DNA of 64,000 nucleotides from an uncultured delta proteobacterium (GCA_963803975.1 CAWDOY010000014.1:32001-96000); one strand, 5' to 3'. Positions 48,187 through 58,864 are shown, counted from the stretch's first letter. The notes: generated from the letters alone by a model not told the origin. Translations and numbers: made by a program.

Positions 48187-49759
48187 TTAGTTATGGTGCT
48201 GGGTTGTAGGATTCTGCGGCGCTGTTGCCGCAGCGGGCTTCCCGGCAATCGGCACTGCTGCCGGCCTCAGCGCGGTCGTGCGCTCTTCAACCCGCTTGAG
48301 CACCAGCTTCAGCGACGGCTCGATCCGGTCAATGTAGGGTTTCGGATACACCCCGAACTGGATAATGAAAAAAACCATTACCAGCAGCAGTGCTGCCTCC
48401 CGGAGGTTCAGATCCTTGAGCCCCCGGTTTTCTTCCTTGTCAACTTCACCAAACATGACCCGCTGAAACATCCACAGCATGTACACTGCCGCCAGTATCA
48501 CACCCAGTCCGGCCACCACTGCCCACAGCGGTTCCGCCTGGAATGCACCCAGCAGCACCAGAAATTCTCCGACAAATCCGTTCAGTCCCGGTAGTCCTAT
48601 GGAGCTTAAGGCAACTATCAGAAAGAAGGTGGCAAATACCGGCATCACCGTGCTCAGGCCGCCGAAATCTGCAATCATGCGCGTGTGGCGGCGCTCATAA
48701 ATCATGCCGACGATTAAAAAGAGCGCTCCGGTTGAGAACCCGTGGTTGAGCATCTGCAGCATCGCGCCGGTCATGCCTTCAACATTCAGAGCAAAGATCC
48801 CGAGCACCACAAACCCCATGTGGCTCACCGAGCTGAAAGCCACCAGCCGCTTGACGTCAACCTGCACCATGGCAACCAGGGCGCCGTAAATAATGCCCAC
48901 CAGAGAAAGCCCTGCCAGAAGCGGCACAAACATGACGGTTGCCTCTGGAAACAGGGGCAGGTTAAAGCGCAAAAACCCGTAGGTCCCCATTTTAAGCAGC
49001 ACCGCTGCCAGCAGCACGCTGCCCACGGTCGGCGCCTCGGTATGGGCATCCGGCAGCCAGGTATGAAAGGGAAACATGGGCACTTTAATCGCAAAGGCCA
49101 GGCCAAAGGCGAGAAACAGCCAGATCTGCATCGAGAGCGGCAGCTTCAGGTTATACCAGGACATGAGATCAAACGTGTACATGCCGGTGGTTTTGCCGTG
49201 ATAGAAATAGATCACCAGAATCGCAACCAGCATCAGCAGGCTGCCAAACATGGTGAAAAGAAAGAACTTGACTGCGGCATAGATGCGGCGCGCCGGGATT
49301 TCCCCAGATGCCGATGAGCAGATACATGGGGATAAGCATGACTTCCCAGAAAACATAAAACAGGAACAGATCCAGGGCAACAAATACGCCGATCATGCCG
49401 GTTTCAAGAAAGAGCAGGCAGATCATGAATTCCTTGACCCGCACCTTTATGTCGCTCCAGCTCGCAGCCATTGCCACCACTGACAGCAGCGTGCTCAGCA
49501 GCACCAGAAACAGGCTGATCCCGTCTATGCCGACCCGGTAGGTTATCCCCAGCCCCGGCACCCAGGGAAGCGTCTCCACCAGCTGAAAGCCGCCTTCTCC
49601 TGCCACAAACCGGGTAAACAGCCCCAGGGATAAAAGAAAGGTTACCACGCTGGTGGTGAGAGCGATGCCCCTCAAGAGCCCTGGTTTTTCCCGCGGCCCC
49701 AGCGCAATCAGGACAGCGCCCGCAAGCGGTAAAAAGATAAGTAAGCTGATTAATCCCAT
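48187..49759 (-). CDS. nuoM: NADH-quinone oxidoreductase subunit M, frameshifted near 49290
   Basis: FYVFWEVMLIPMY in one frame, then AIKVPMFPFHTWLPDAH and LLKMG in the next. Confidence 0.93.
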
Positions 49760-49798
49760 GTGTTCCTGCCTCTCATAACTGCCGCTGAAAGGGTATCC

Positions 49799-51712
49799 TT
49801 AGGTTAAGAAAAAGATGATATAAAAGATTGCCACCACGCCCCCGACGATCCCCAGGGCATACTCCTGAACCTGGCCGGTCTGCAGCCTGCGCAGCGCCCC
49901 GCTGGCACCCTGCACCAGCGCTGCTGTTCCATTCACCGCGCCATCTATTACCTTTTCATCAAACCGCCGCCAGAGCCATAGTGAGCTGTTTTTGATCGGC
50001 TGAATAAACAGGGCATCGTATGCTTCATCCACAAAGTACTTGTTGTAGACCAGCCGGTAGAGCGAGCTGAAGAGCGCAGAGAGCTTTTCCGGTAAAAGAG
50101 GATTCTTTATATACATGACCCACGCAAGCCCGATGCCGGAGATCGCTATTCCCAGGGACACGATCATCATGGTGATTTCGAGTCCGACCTCATGCACAGC
50201 ATGCGCTGCCGGAGCAGCATGTCCGGCAGCGCTGAACAGCGGCTGGAGAAATTCTTTCAGCTGGTTTCCCCCCGCTATAAGCGGGAGCCCGATCCAGCCG
50301 CCCGCAACAGACAAGACCGCCAAAGCGCACAGCGGCAGGATCATGCTGCCCGGGCTTTCATGAACATGCACATGGCTTTCGATGCGGCTCTCGCCGTGAA
50401 AGGTCATGAACACGGCCCGGAACATATAAAATGCGGTCATGAAGGCACCGATTGCTCCGCCCAGCCACAGCACCGGGCTTTTCTGCAGCGCTGCCCAGAG
50501 GATTTCGTCTTTACTGAAGAACCCGGCAAAGGGGAAAATGCCTGCCAGGGCCAGGGTGCCGATAAGAAACGTCCCGTAGGTCCAGGGCATCTTCGTCTTC
50601 AGGCCCCCCATCTTGCGCATGTCAAGCTCGCCGGACATGCCGTGCATCACGCTTCCGGCCCCCAGAAAGAGCAGGGCTTTAAAAAACGCATGGGTGACGA
50701 GATGAAAAATTCCGGCCGTGAACACGCCCACCCCGCAGGCCAGAAACATGTACCCGAGCTGGCTGATGGTGGAATAGGCCAGCACCCGCTTGATGTCGTT
50801 CTGCAACAGCCCGATGCTGGCGGCAAAGAGCGCGGTCAGGCAGCCGATAATAGCCACGACCTCCATGCTGATGGGCGCCATGCTATAGAGCGTTGCGCAG
50901 CGCGCGACCATATACACACCGGCAGTGACCATGGTTGCCGCGTGGATGAGGGCCGAGACCGGCGTCGGGCCTTCCATGGCATCAGGCAGCCACACATACA
51001 GGGGAATCTGCGCTGACTTGCCGCACGCCCCCACAAAGAGCAGCAGCGTCATGAGCGTCACCGCCAGCCCCCCTTTTTCCAGCACCTGGGGCGCGGCGGC
51101 AAACACTTTGTTGAAATCAAGGGTGTTAAAGGTGACAAAGATGAGCAGCATGGCCAGCAGAAACCCATAGTCTCCCACCCGGTTCACCACAAAGGCTTTT
51201 TTGCCGGCATCAGCCGGTGCCTGGCGCTGATACCAGAACCCGATCAGCAGATAGGAGCACAGTCCCACGCCTTCCCAGCCCACAAACATGAGCAGGAAGC
51301 TGTTGGCGGAAACCAGAATCAGCATGAAGAAGACAAACAGGTTGAGATAGGTAAAGTAGCGCCTGAAACCCTCATCTTCCGCCATATAGCCGGTGGAATA
51401 GACATGAATGATAAAGGACACCCCTGATACCGTGAGCATCATCACCAGGGACAGGGGATCGACCAGAAAGCCCGCATTCACCTGCAGGCTGCCGCACCCT
51501 ATCCAGGTAAACAGCACCACCTCGGAAATCCGATCTGCGCTGCCGCGGCCGGCCACTTCCACAAATATCAGGCAGGCGGTTATAAATGATCCCAGAATTG
51601 CCAGGCTGCCGATGGCGCCGATCACTTTTCGCGGAAGCTTGATTCCTGCCAGGCCGTTTATCACAACCCCCAGCAGGGGAAACAGTACCACCAGCCAAAT
51701 TTTATCTATCAT
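49799..51712 (-). CDS. nuoL: NADH-quinone oxidoreductase subunit L
   Basis: GWEGVGLCSYLLIGF, GKSAQIPLYVWLPDAMEGPTPVSALIHAATMV. Confidence 0.96.
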   Translation of the reverse strand: MIDKIWLVVLFPLLGVVINGLAGIKLPRKVIGAIGSLAILGSFITACLIFVEVAGRGSADRISEVVLFTWIGCGSLQVNAGFLVDPLSLVMMLTVSGVSFIIHVYSTGYMAEDEGFRRYFTYLNLFVFFMLILVSANSFLLMFVGWEGVGLCSYLLIGFWYQRQAPADAGKKAFVVNRVGDYGFLLAMLLIFVTFNTLDFNKVFAAAPQVLEKGGLAVTLMTLLLFVGACGKSAQIPLYVWLPDAMEGPTPVSALIHAATMVTAGVYMVARCATLYSMAPISMEVVAIIGCLTALFAASIGLLQNDIKRVLAYSTISQLGYMFLACGVGVFTAGIFHLVTHAFFKALLFLGAGSVMHGMSGELDMRKMGGLKTKMPWTYGTFLIGTLALAGIFPFAGFFSKDEILWAALQKSPVLWLGGAIGAFMTAFYMFRAVFMTFHGESRIESHVHVHESPGSMILPLCALAVLSVAGGWIGLPLIAGGNQLKEFLQPLFSAAGHAAPAAHAVHEVGLEITMMIVSLGIAISGIGLAWVMYIKNPLLPEKLSALFSSLYRLVYNKYFVDEAYDALFIQPIKNSSLWLWRRFDEKVIDGAVNGTAALVQGASGALRRLQTGQVQEYALGIVGGVVAIFYIIFFLT

Positions 51713-51746
51713 GGTGTCTCCCGACCCTGTATGGTTTTGCCCGCGT

Positions 51747-52050
51747 TTACCATTTTAATAAATCAATTTCATCCACATTAATCGTCTGCCGCCGCCGGTA
51801 CAGGCTCAAGATGATTGCCAGGCCCACCGCTGCTTCAGCCGCGGCCACGGTCATGATAAAAAACACAAACACCTGGCCGTCAATGCTGCCCTGGCTGCGG
51901 CTCAAGAGCGATGAAGGTCAGATTAACGGCGTTGAGCATGAGCTCGATGCACATAAATACGACGATGGCATTGCGCCGGATAAATACTCCCGCCACGCCA
52001 ATGCTGAAGAGCACTGCTCCGAGTGCTAAATACTGGGTTGTCCCAACCAT
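51747..52050 (-). CDS. nuoK: NADH-quinone oxidoreductase subunit K, frameshifted near 51905 (absent from ORF track)
   Basis: Manual translation gives [16 protein letters not shown], then after +1 [21 protein letters not shown]. The span is 304 nt, i.e. 303+1. Confidence 0.92.
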
Positions 52051-52062
52051 AACGACTCCTTG

Positions 52063-52566
52063 TTAGTCCCGCTTTCCGGCAAGCACCAGTGCGCCCACAA
52101 TAGCCGCGAGCAGCAGTATTGATGTTACCTCAAAGGGCAGCAGGTATTTGGTGAACAGTAGTTCCGCTACTGCCTGGGTATTGCCCGGCACGCCGGATAC
52201 CTGCTCCGGCGCCATTGCGCGCAGCGCCTTCACTGCCCCGCCGCCCAGAAGCAGCAGGAGCAGCAGCCCGGTGCCGACCAGGCTGCAGGCTTTGAATGCC
52301 ACCCGGGACAAGCCCTGGCTGCGCACTTCCGCATCAAGGTTTAACAGCATGATGACAAATAAAAACAGCACCATGATGGCACCGGCGTACACAATCACCT
52401 GAACTGCTGCTAAAAACTCCGCTCCGAGCAGCACATAGAGCAGGGCCAGGCTCACAAACACCACCACCAGACAGAGCGCGCTGTGCACCGGATTGCGCTT
52501 GAGTATCATCATGACCGCAAAGATGACGGCAATGCCTCCCCATAACCAAAACAGCAGCTGCTCCAT
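52063..52566 (-). CDS. nuoJ: NADH-quinone oxidoreductase subunit J
   Basis: NPVHSAL, QVIVYAGAIMVLFLF, PFEVTS. Confidence 0.94.
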   Translation of the reverse strand: MEQLLFWLWGGIAVIFAVMMILKRNPVHSALCLVVVFVSLALLYVLLGAEFLAAVQVIVYAGAIMVLFLFVIMLLNLDAEVRSQGLSRVAFKACSLVGTGLLLLLLLGGGAVKALRAMAPEQVSGVPGNTQAVAELLFTKYLLPFEVTSILLLAAIVGALVLAGKRD

Positions 52567-52582
52567 AGGTTTCTCCTGTTGC

Positions 52583-53050
52583 CTATTTCCCGGAGAGCCG
52601 GCTCTCCAGGCTGAACGTTGTCGACCGCTCGGCACCTTTCGGGAGCTGCGGCTCCTGCAAGAGCGCCTCTTTGCCATAGATACTGCCGTCCCGCGTGTAC
52701 TCGGCGAGCTCATAGGCACCGGTCATAATAATCGCGGACACCGGGCAGGCCTCCACACAAAAGCCGCAGAAGATGCAGCGGTTTAAGTCAATTTCATATA
52801 CTGCGGGATATTTCTCGTGGCGCTCATTCTCCGCCCCTTCCACGCGGATGCACTGGGCCGGACATACGGTGGCGCACAGACAGCAGGCCACACACTTTTC
52901 CCGCCCCTTTTCCTCATCCCACAGCAGCTGCTGCCGCCCGCGCCAGCGCGGCCCTGCCTCCCAGCGCTCTTCCGGGTACTTCATGGTTACGGGCCGGGTA
53001 AAAAAGTATTTTAAGGTAACCGACAGTCCCTTCAGTAAAGGCCACAGCAT
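52583..53050 (-). CDS. nuoI: NADH-quinone oxidoreductase subunit I
   Basis: YPEE and two CxxCxxCxxxCP motifs. Confidence 0.94.
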   Translation of the reverse strand: MLWPLLKGLSVTLKYFFTRPVTMKYPEERWEAGPRWRGRQQLLWDEEKGREKCVACCLCATVCPAQCIRVEGAENERHEKYPAVYEIDLNRCIFCGFCVEACPVSAIIMTGAYELAEYTRDGSIYGKEALLQEPQLPKGAERSTTFSLESRLSGK

Positions 53051-53072
53051 CTGGTTTCTCCTTCTATTCTTC

Positions 53073-54059
53073 TTATCCCCATATCACCATGCCAATGCCC
53101 GTCACCACGATGTTCAGCAGCGCCACCGGGAAGAGCACTTTCCAGCCGAACTTCATGAGCTGGTCATAGCGAAAGCGGGGAAAGGTTGCACGCACCCAAA
53201 TGAAGCAAAACATCATGGCAAACACCTTCAGCATAAACCACACAATGCCCGGCAGCACCGGGCCGCGCCACCCGCCCAGAAAGAGCGTTGCTGCCAGAGC
53301 GCTCACCACAATCATGTGCGCATATTCTGCCATAAAGAAGAGCGCAAATTTCATGCTCGAATATTCCACATGAAAGCCGGCCACCAGCTCGTTTTCTGCT
53401 TCCGGCAGATCAAACGGGTTGCGGTTACATTCCGCAAAGGCGCAGATTACAAAGATGAGAAAGCCGATGGGCTGTTTCACGATGTACCAGATATCCTGCC
53501 CGGCCACGATATCGGTGGGCCGCAGGCTTCCCGCGTGCATCAGCACGCCGATAATAGAGAGCCCGGTGGCGAGCTCATAGCTGATCATCTGAGCGGAAGC
53601 CCGGAGCCCCCCCAGCAGCGCATATTTGCTGTTTGACGACCAGCCGGCAAGGGTTATGCCGTAGACGCTGAGCGAGCTTAAGGCAAAGATATAGAGAACC
53701 CCGATGTCCACATCAGCCACCCGCAGGTATATTTTCTCCCCAAACACGTCTATATAATCGCCAAACGGCACCACGGCAATTGAAGCGCAGGCAGCAATCA
53801 TGACGATCATGGGCGACAGTATATAGAGGAATTTATTGGCGCTGCTCACCACAATATCTTCTTTAAAAAAAAGCTTAATGCCGTCAGCGATCGGCTGCAG
53901 CAGCCCGTGCCAGCCAACGCGCAGGGGGCCGCAGCGCACCTGCATGTGCCCCAGAACCTTGCGCTCCAGCCAGGTCGAATAGGCGACACAGAGGAGCAGG
54001 CAGACAAACACGATCACTACTTTTGCCAGCGCTATCCCTATTGCAAGTAAGCTCATCAC
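53073..54059 (-). CDS. nuoH: NADH-quinone oxidoreductase subunit H
   Basis: ERKVLG..Q.R.GP, QPIADGIKL, PFDLPEAE, PRFRYDQL. Confidence 0.96.
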   Translation of the reverse strand: MMSLLAIGIALAKVVIVFVCLLLCVAYSTWLERKVLGHMQVRCGPLRVGWHGLLQPIADGIKLFFKEDIVVSSANKFLYILSPMIVMIAACASIAVVPFGDYIDVFGEKIYLRVADVDIGVLYIFALSSLSVYGITLAGWSSNSKYALLGGLRASAQMISYELATGLSIIGVLMHAGSLRPTDIVAGQDIWYIVKQPIGFLIFVICAFAECNRNPFDLPEAENELVAGFHVEYSSMKFALFFMAEYAHMIVVSALAATLFLGGWRGPVLPGIVWFMLKVFAMMFCFIWVRATFPRFRYDQLMKFGWKVLFPVALLNIVVTGIGMVIWG

Positions 54060-54067
54060 GTGAATCC

Positions 54068-56686
54068 TTAAAGACTGGTTTCAGTTCTTTTTTCTATTTT
54101 CACCCGGGTCTGCAGCTGCGCTGCGCTCGCGAGTTCCTGGGCCGCAGGGCTTAAAAAGTGATACGGTATAAAGACGGCTCCCGGGCTCTGCCGGGCAATG
54201 ATTTTGGCTGTTATGGTCATGGCGCCCGTGGCTGATGAAACCTGAACCGTATCATTGTCTCTGATATCAAGCGCCCGTGCGTCCCCGGGGTTTATCTCAA
54301 GCCGTGCCTGCGGGTATACCGAACAGATTGCGGCTGACCTGGTGCTTACGGTTCCGCAGTGAAACAGTGTTGAGCCGATGAGAAGCGTAAACGGAAACTC
54401 TGCTGACGGTGCCTCCGGGGCGATAAAGTCAACCGGCCGGAGAGAGAAGCGGGCCGCGCCGTCAGCTCCCGGTGCCTCCCGGTCGGCCGCTTCTGAGAGC
54501 AGGTGACCCTTGACCGTGAGCGTCTCGTAGCTGACCGCATGATAGCGGGGGGCAAGGGATGCTATTTCTGCCATTACCGCAGCCGGGTTCCAGGACCCCA
54601 GGTCTTTGCCCAGGGCCTTTGCCACGCTGCAGAATATCTCCGCGTCGGTTTTTGTTTCACCGCAGGGCGGCAGGGCCTGGTTTAATCGCTGCACCCGGCC
54701 TTCGGCGTTGGTGTAGGTCCCGTCTTTCTCCGCAAAGCTTGCTGCGGGCAGGACCACATGGGCCATCTGTGCTGTGGGAGTCAAAAAAAGCTCCTGCACC
54801 ACCAGAAACTGCAGCTTACCGAAGGCGGTTTTTATTTTTTTCGTGTCAGGATAGGCCTGCACAGGGTTTTCGCCTGCGCAGTAGAGGGCCTTAATTGAGC
54901 CCTGCTCTGCTCCCGCGATAATCTGCTCGCAGGTAAGCCCCGGTTGTGCTGCAATAGCTGCGCCCCAGGCTTTGGCAAAGGCCTGCCGCACCGCCTCATC
55001 TGCCAGCTCCTGCGGGCCCGGCAAAAGATCCGGCACGGCACCCATATCAACGCTGCCGTGGGAGTTGCTCTTCTCGCCCAGGAACAGAACGCCGGCCCCG
55101 GGTTTGCCCGCATTTCCCGTAATCAGGGCCAGGTTTGCCGCGCTGCGGGCAAGCGCTGCATCATCTCCGCAAAAACCCATCCCGGCCGAGATGATGATAG
55201 CGGCCCTCGTGCCGGAAGCAAACCTCCGGGCCGCTTCCACTAAATCCTTCCCGACGATGCCGGTTGCCTGCTCAACAAAGGACGGGGTAAATTGGGCGAG
55301 CGATTTTTTCAGCTCCTCAATGCCGGAAGTTTCAGCAGCCACAAACTCCCGGTTTTCAAGGCCCTCTGTTAAAATAGTGTGGGCAAGGCCATTTAACAGG
55401 GCAATCTCGGTGCCCGGTTTATGTGCGAGATACGTCTGGGCAAAGCGTGCAAGTTTTATGCGGCGCGGGTCGGCAACGATAAGCTGCGCTCCCTTTTGTT
55501 TCACCGCAACATTCACCTGATACCCGACCACCGGGTGGGTTTCAGAGACATTGCTTCTGATGACCAGAAACCGGTCGCTGTTTTGCAGATCTTTGAACTC
55601 AAGGGGCGGCAGGCTCAGCCCCGAAGAATAGCCCCGGTGCGCATAGCCGCCGGAGTTGTCCACGTTATTGGTCCCGATGACCGCTCGCAGCAGCTTCTGA
55701 AAGAGGTATGCCTCTTCATTGGTGAGGCGCGCGGAGCAGAGTCCGGCAATGGCCTCGGGGCCTGCCTGCTCTTTGACCGCTTTCAGCCCCTCAGCAACGG
55801 CCTGCAGTGCTTCCTCCCAGGTTGCCGGGGTGAGCGTGCCGTTTTTTCGCACCAGCGGGCGGCTGATGCGCTCCCCGCTCATGACGTATTCATAGCCAAA
55901 GCGCCCTTTTATGCACAGGCTCCCCTGGTTGGCCGCGCCTTCCTCCTCGCCCAGGGCCCGCACAATACGGCCGTCTTTAAGCGAAAGTTTTATCGCGCAG
56001 CCGGTGCTGCAGAAGGAACAGACGGTTGAAACGTTCTCTACTTCCCAGGCGCGCGCTTTAAACTTAAACATGCGGTTGGTCAGGGCGCCGACCGGGCAGA
56101 TGTTTTCACACTCGCCGCAGAATTCGCAGTTGAGCGGCCGGTCAAAATCAGTGGCAATCCTGGTGCTGATGCCGCGGTTCACCATGCTCCACTCGCTGGC
56201 GCCCACCACTTCATCACAGACCCGCACACACATGCCGCACAGAACACAGCGGTTGGTATTGCGCTCCACCAGCGGGGACAGGTAATCAACGGGGTGATCG
56301 CTTTTTTTATCTTTAAAGCGGTTCCGGCTCACGCCGTACTCATACGTCAGATTCTGCAGCTGGCACTCCCCGCCCTTGTCACACCACGGGCAGTCAAGGG
56401 GATGCTGGATGAGAAGGAGCTCAAGCACGGTTTTGCGCGCTTTTATAATCTGCTCGGAGCTGGTGCGCACCACCATGCCTTCGGTTACCGGGGTAGAACA
56501 GGAGGGTGTGAGCCGCCCTTTCATCTGCTCGACCTCGACAACGCAGATGCGGCAGGCGCCAAAGGGCTGCAGCTTTTCATGATAACAGAGGGTGGGGATG
56601 CGTATCCCGGCCCGGGCTGCAGCTTCTAAAATTGTTGCTCCGTCTTCTGCCACGACCTCCTGATTGTCAATTGTTAACCGGATCAT
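54068..56686 (-). CDS. nuoG: NADH-quinone oxidoreductase subunit G (long, FdhF-like scaffold)
   Basis: IPTLCY, CRIC, HPLDCPWCDKGGECQLQ, two CxxCxxC motifs and CSFCSTGC. No Cys/Sec at the Mo-ligand position. Confidence 0.88.
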   Translation of the reverse strand: MIRLTIDNQEVVAEDGATILEAAARAGIRIPTLCYHEKLQPFGACRICVVEVEQMKGRLTPSCSTPVTEGMVVRTSSEQIIKARKTVLELLLIQHPLDCPWCDKGGECQLQNLTYEYGVSRNRFKDKKSDHPVDYLSPLVERNTNRCVLCGMCVRVCDEVVGASEWSMVNRGISTRIATDFDRPLNCEFCGECENICPVGALTNRMFKFKARAWEVENVSTVCSFCSTGCAIKLSLKDGRIVRALGEEEGAANQGSLCIKGRFGYEYVMSGERISRPLVRKNGTLTPATWEEALQAVAEGLKAVKEQAGPEAIAGLCSARLTNEEAYLFQKLLRAVIGTNNVDNSGGYAHRGYSSGLSLPPLEFKDLQNSDRFLVIRSNVSETHPVVGYQVNVAVKQKGAQLIVADPRRIKLARFAQTYLAHKPGTEIALLNGLAHTILTEGLENREFVAAETSGIEELKKSLAQFTPSFVEQATGIVGKDLVEAARRFASGTRAAIIISAGMGFCGDDAALARSAANLALITGNAGKPGAGVLFLGEKSNSHGSVDMGAVPDLLPGPQELADEAVRQAFAKAWGAAIAAQPGLTCEQIIAGAEQGSIKALYCAGENPVQAYPDTKKIKTAFGKLQFLVVQELFLTPTAQMAHVVLPAASFAEKDGTYTNAEGRVQRLNQALPPCGETKTDAEIFCSVAKALGKDLGSWNPAAVMAEIASLAPRYHAVSYETLTVKGHLLSEAADREAPGADGAARFSLRPVDFIAPEAPSAEFPFTLLIGSTLFHCGTVSTRSAAICSVYPQARLEINPGDARALDIRDNDTVQVSSATGAMTITAKIIARQSPGAVFIPYHFLSPAAQELASAAQLQTRVKIEKRTETSL

Positions 56687-56702
56687 GTGCCGTATCCCTT
56701 TT

Positions 56703-58490
56703 TTATGCAATAGCTCTAAACGGGCAGGTTGCAATACAGGTCTTGCATTTGGTACATATCGCTTTATCGATGAATGCTACGTGACCCTTCTCCCACGTAA
56801 TCGCCAGCACCGGACATGCCTTGGCGCATTTTCCACACTTCTTACACAGATCAGAAACCACTTCAAACTTGATCAGGTCAGTGCAGGAAACAGCCGGGCA
56901 GATCTTATCTTTAATATGCGCATCGTATTCGTCCCGGAAATAGCGGATGGTGGTGAGCACCGGGTTGGGCGCAGTCTGCCCCAGCCCGCAGAGAGAGGCA
57001 TTCTTGATGGTCACCGACAGGTCTTCCAGCGTCTCCACATCGCCTTCAGCGCCCTTGCCCGCGCAGATATTTTCCAGGATGTCGAGCATTACTTTGGTGC
57101 CGATTCTGCACGGGGTGCACTTGCCGCAGGATTCGTCCTGGGTAAATTCAAGGAAGAACTTGGCAAGGTTAACCATGCAGGAGGTCTCATCAATAACCAC
57201 CATGCCGCCGGAGCCCATAATGGCGCCGGTCTTGGTAATCGATTCGAAATCTACCGGGGTATCAACCAGGCTTTCCGGGACACACCCCCCGGAGGGCCCG
57301 CCCAGCTGCACTGCCTTCAGCTTTCTGCGGTTGGGTATGCCGCCGCCGATGTCATAGATGATGGTGCGCAGCGGGGTGCCCATGGGAACCTCTACCAGCC
57401 CGATATTATTTATTGCGCCGGTTACGGCAAACACCTTGGTTCCTTTGCTGCCCTCGGTTCCGAGGCGGTTAAACCACTGCGCGCTGTTGAGAATGATCGG
57501 CGGGACATTGGCGTAGGTTTCAACGTTATTGAGAATGGTGGGCTTTTTCCACAGCCCCTGATAGGCGGGAAACGGCGGCCGCGGCCGCGGCATGCCGCGC
57601 TTGCCCTCGATTGAGGTCATGAGCGCGGTCTCCTCGCCGCAGACAAAGGCGCCGGCCCCCTGATAGATCTCCACATCAAAATCAAAGCCCGAGCCTAAAA
57701 TGTTTTTTCCCAGCAGCCCGTATTCCCGGGCCTGGTTTATGGCGATCCTGAGCCTGCTCACCGCAAGGGGATACTCGGCCCGCACATAGATATACCCCTC
57801 ATGGGCGCCGATGGCTTTTGCCGCAATGGTCATGCCTTCCAGCACCACGTGCGGGTCGGCTTCCAGAATGCTGCGGTCCATAAACGCCCCCGGATCGCCC
57901 TCATCGCCGTTGCACAGCGCGTATTTTATGTCTCCCCGAGCTTTCGCGGCGAACTCCCATTTCATGCCGGTGGAAAACCCTGCTCCGCCCCGCCCGCGCA
58001 GGCCTGACTCCTTTATTTCGCTGATGATCTGCTCGGCAGACATCTCCATTAACGCGCGGGCAACAGCAAAGTAGCCGTTGCGCGCAATGTAATCATCGAT
58101 CTTTTCCGCATCGATAATACCCCGGTTGCGCAGCGCCCGCAATTCCTGCAGGCCGAAAAAGGAAATGTCGTGCATGCGCGGTATGGTCTTTTTCTTGGCC
58201 GGATCAGTAAACATGAGCCGTTCCACCGGCCGGCCCTGCAGCAGGTGCTCTTCCACCAGCTGGGCCATGTCCTCGGGCTTCAGCCGCTGATAAAAGATGC
58301 CTTCCGGATAGACCACCATTACCGGTCCGGCAGCGCAGAAACCATTGCACCCGGTAGCCACAACCAGGACCTCGTCTTCCAGGTTGCGTTTAACGAGCTC
58401 CTCCTCCAGGGCCTTCTTCACTGCCAGTGATTTGCTTGCAACACAGCCGGTTCCTGCGCAGACGAGCATATGACTCCTGTAATACTTCAC
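56703..58490 (-). CDS. nuoF: NuoF of HydB/HndC type (extra N-terminal 2Fe-2S and C-terminal 2x[4Fe-4S])
   Basis: CAGTGC, GCNGFC, GRGGAGF, DEGDPGAFMDR, ESCGKCTPC, HIKDKICPAVSC and two terminal CxxCxxCxxxCP motifs. Confidence 0.92.
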   Translation of the reverse strand: MKYYRSHMLVCAGTGCVASKSLAVKKALEEELVKRNLEDEVLVVATGCNGFCAAGPVMVVYPEGIFYQRLKPEDMAQLVEEHLLQGRPVERLMFTDPAKKKTIPRMHDISFFGLQELRALRNRGIIDAEKIDDYIARNGYFAVARALMEMSAEQIISEIKESGLRGRGGAGFSTGMKWEFAAKARGDIKYALCNGDEGDPGAFMDRSILEADPHVVLEGMTIAAKAIGAHEGYIYVRAEYPLAVSRLRIAINQAREYGLLGKNILGSGFDFDVEIYQGAGAFVCGEETALMTSIEGKRGMPRPRPPFPAYQGLWKKPTILNNVETYANVPPIILNSAQWFNRLGTEGSKGTKVFAVTGAINNIGLVEVPMGTPLRTIIYDIGGGIPNRRKLKAVQLGGPSGGCVPESLVDTPVDFESITKTGAIMGSGGMVVIDETSCMVNLAKFFLEFTQDESCGKCTPCRIGTKVMLDILENICAGKGAEGDVETLEDLSVTIKNASLCGLGQTAPNPVLTTIRYFRDEYDAHIKDKICPAVSCTDLIKFEVVSDLCKKCGKCAKACPVLAITWEKGHVAFIDKAICTKCKTCIATCPFRAIA

Positions 58491-58864
58491 CGCTCCGCCC
58501 CTTCCTCTGCTCTATAGTGTTCCAGAACCTTCCCGCCCATAACATGCTGGGAAAAAATTTCCTTTGCTGTTTCCTCGCTCACTTTGCCGTAAACCACCGG
58601 CTGCTCTGCTCCGCAGTGTATTGTTACCACGGGTTCCTGGCTGCAGCGGCCGGCACAGTCAGAAATCGTGACGATAACATCGCTTGCGTCCCGCGCCTCA
58701 AGCTCTTTTATAAACGCCTTGAGCACCGGCCGCGCGCCGGCGGCAATGCCGCACGGCCCCATATGAACAATAACCGTGACCCGGGCAGTGCCCTCCCGCA
58801 CCGTGACAAGAGATTTAAACCGCTGTTTAATTTTTTCCAGTTCTTCTCTGTTCATCTTAGACAT
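58487..58864 (-). CDS. Thioredoxin-like (2Fe-2S) ferredoxin, HndB-like subunit
   Basis: HMGPCGIAAGA, DCAGRCSQEP, VVYGKV. Lies between nuoE and nuoF. Confidence 0.82.
   Translation of the reverse strand: MSKMNREELEKIKQRFKSLVTVREGTARVTVIVHMGPCGIAAGARPVLKAFIKELEARDASDVIVTISDCAGRCSQEPVVTIHCGAEQPVVYGKVSEETAKEIFSQHVMGGKVLEHYRAEEGAER

Noticed and set aside
1135..48190. Possible CRISPR array from recurring repeats
   Set aside because: The repeats are dispersed, about 150 bp long and have no spacers. No cas genes are present.
43041..52050. Programmed frameshifting or true pseudogenes in ispF, nuoM and nuoK
   Set aside because: No slippery sequences are visible at the shifts, and the uniform insertion pattern fits read error better.
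54068..56686. Formate dehydrogenase alpha subunit or FeFe hydrogenase
   Set aside because: The Mo-ligand position reads NNVDNSGGYAH without Cys/Sec, no H-cluster motifs are present, and the gene occupies the nuoG position.
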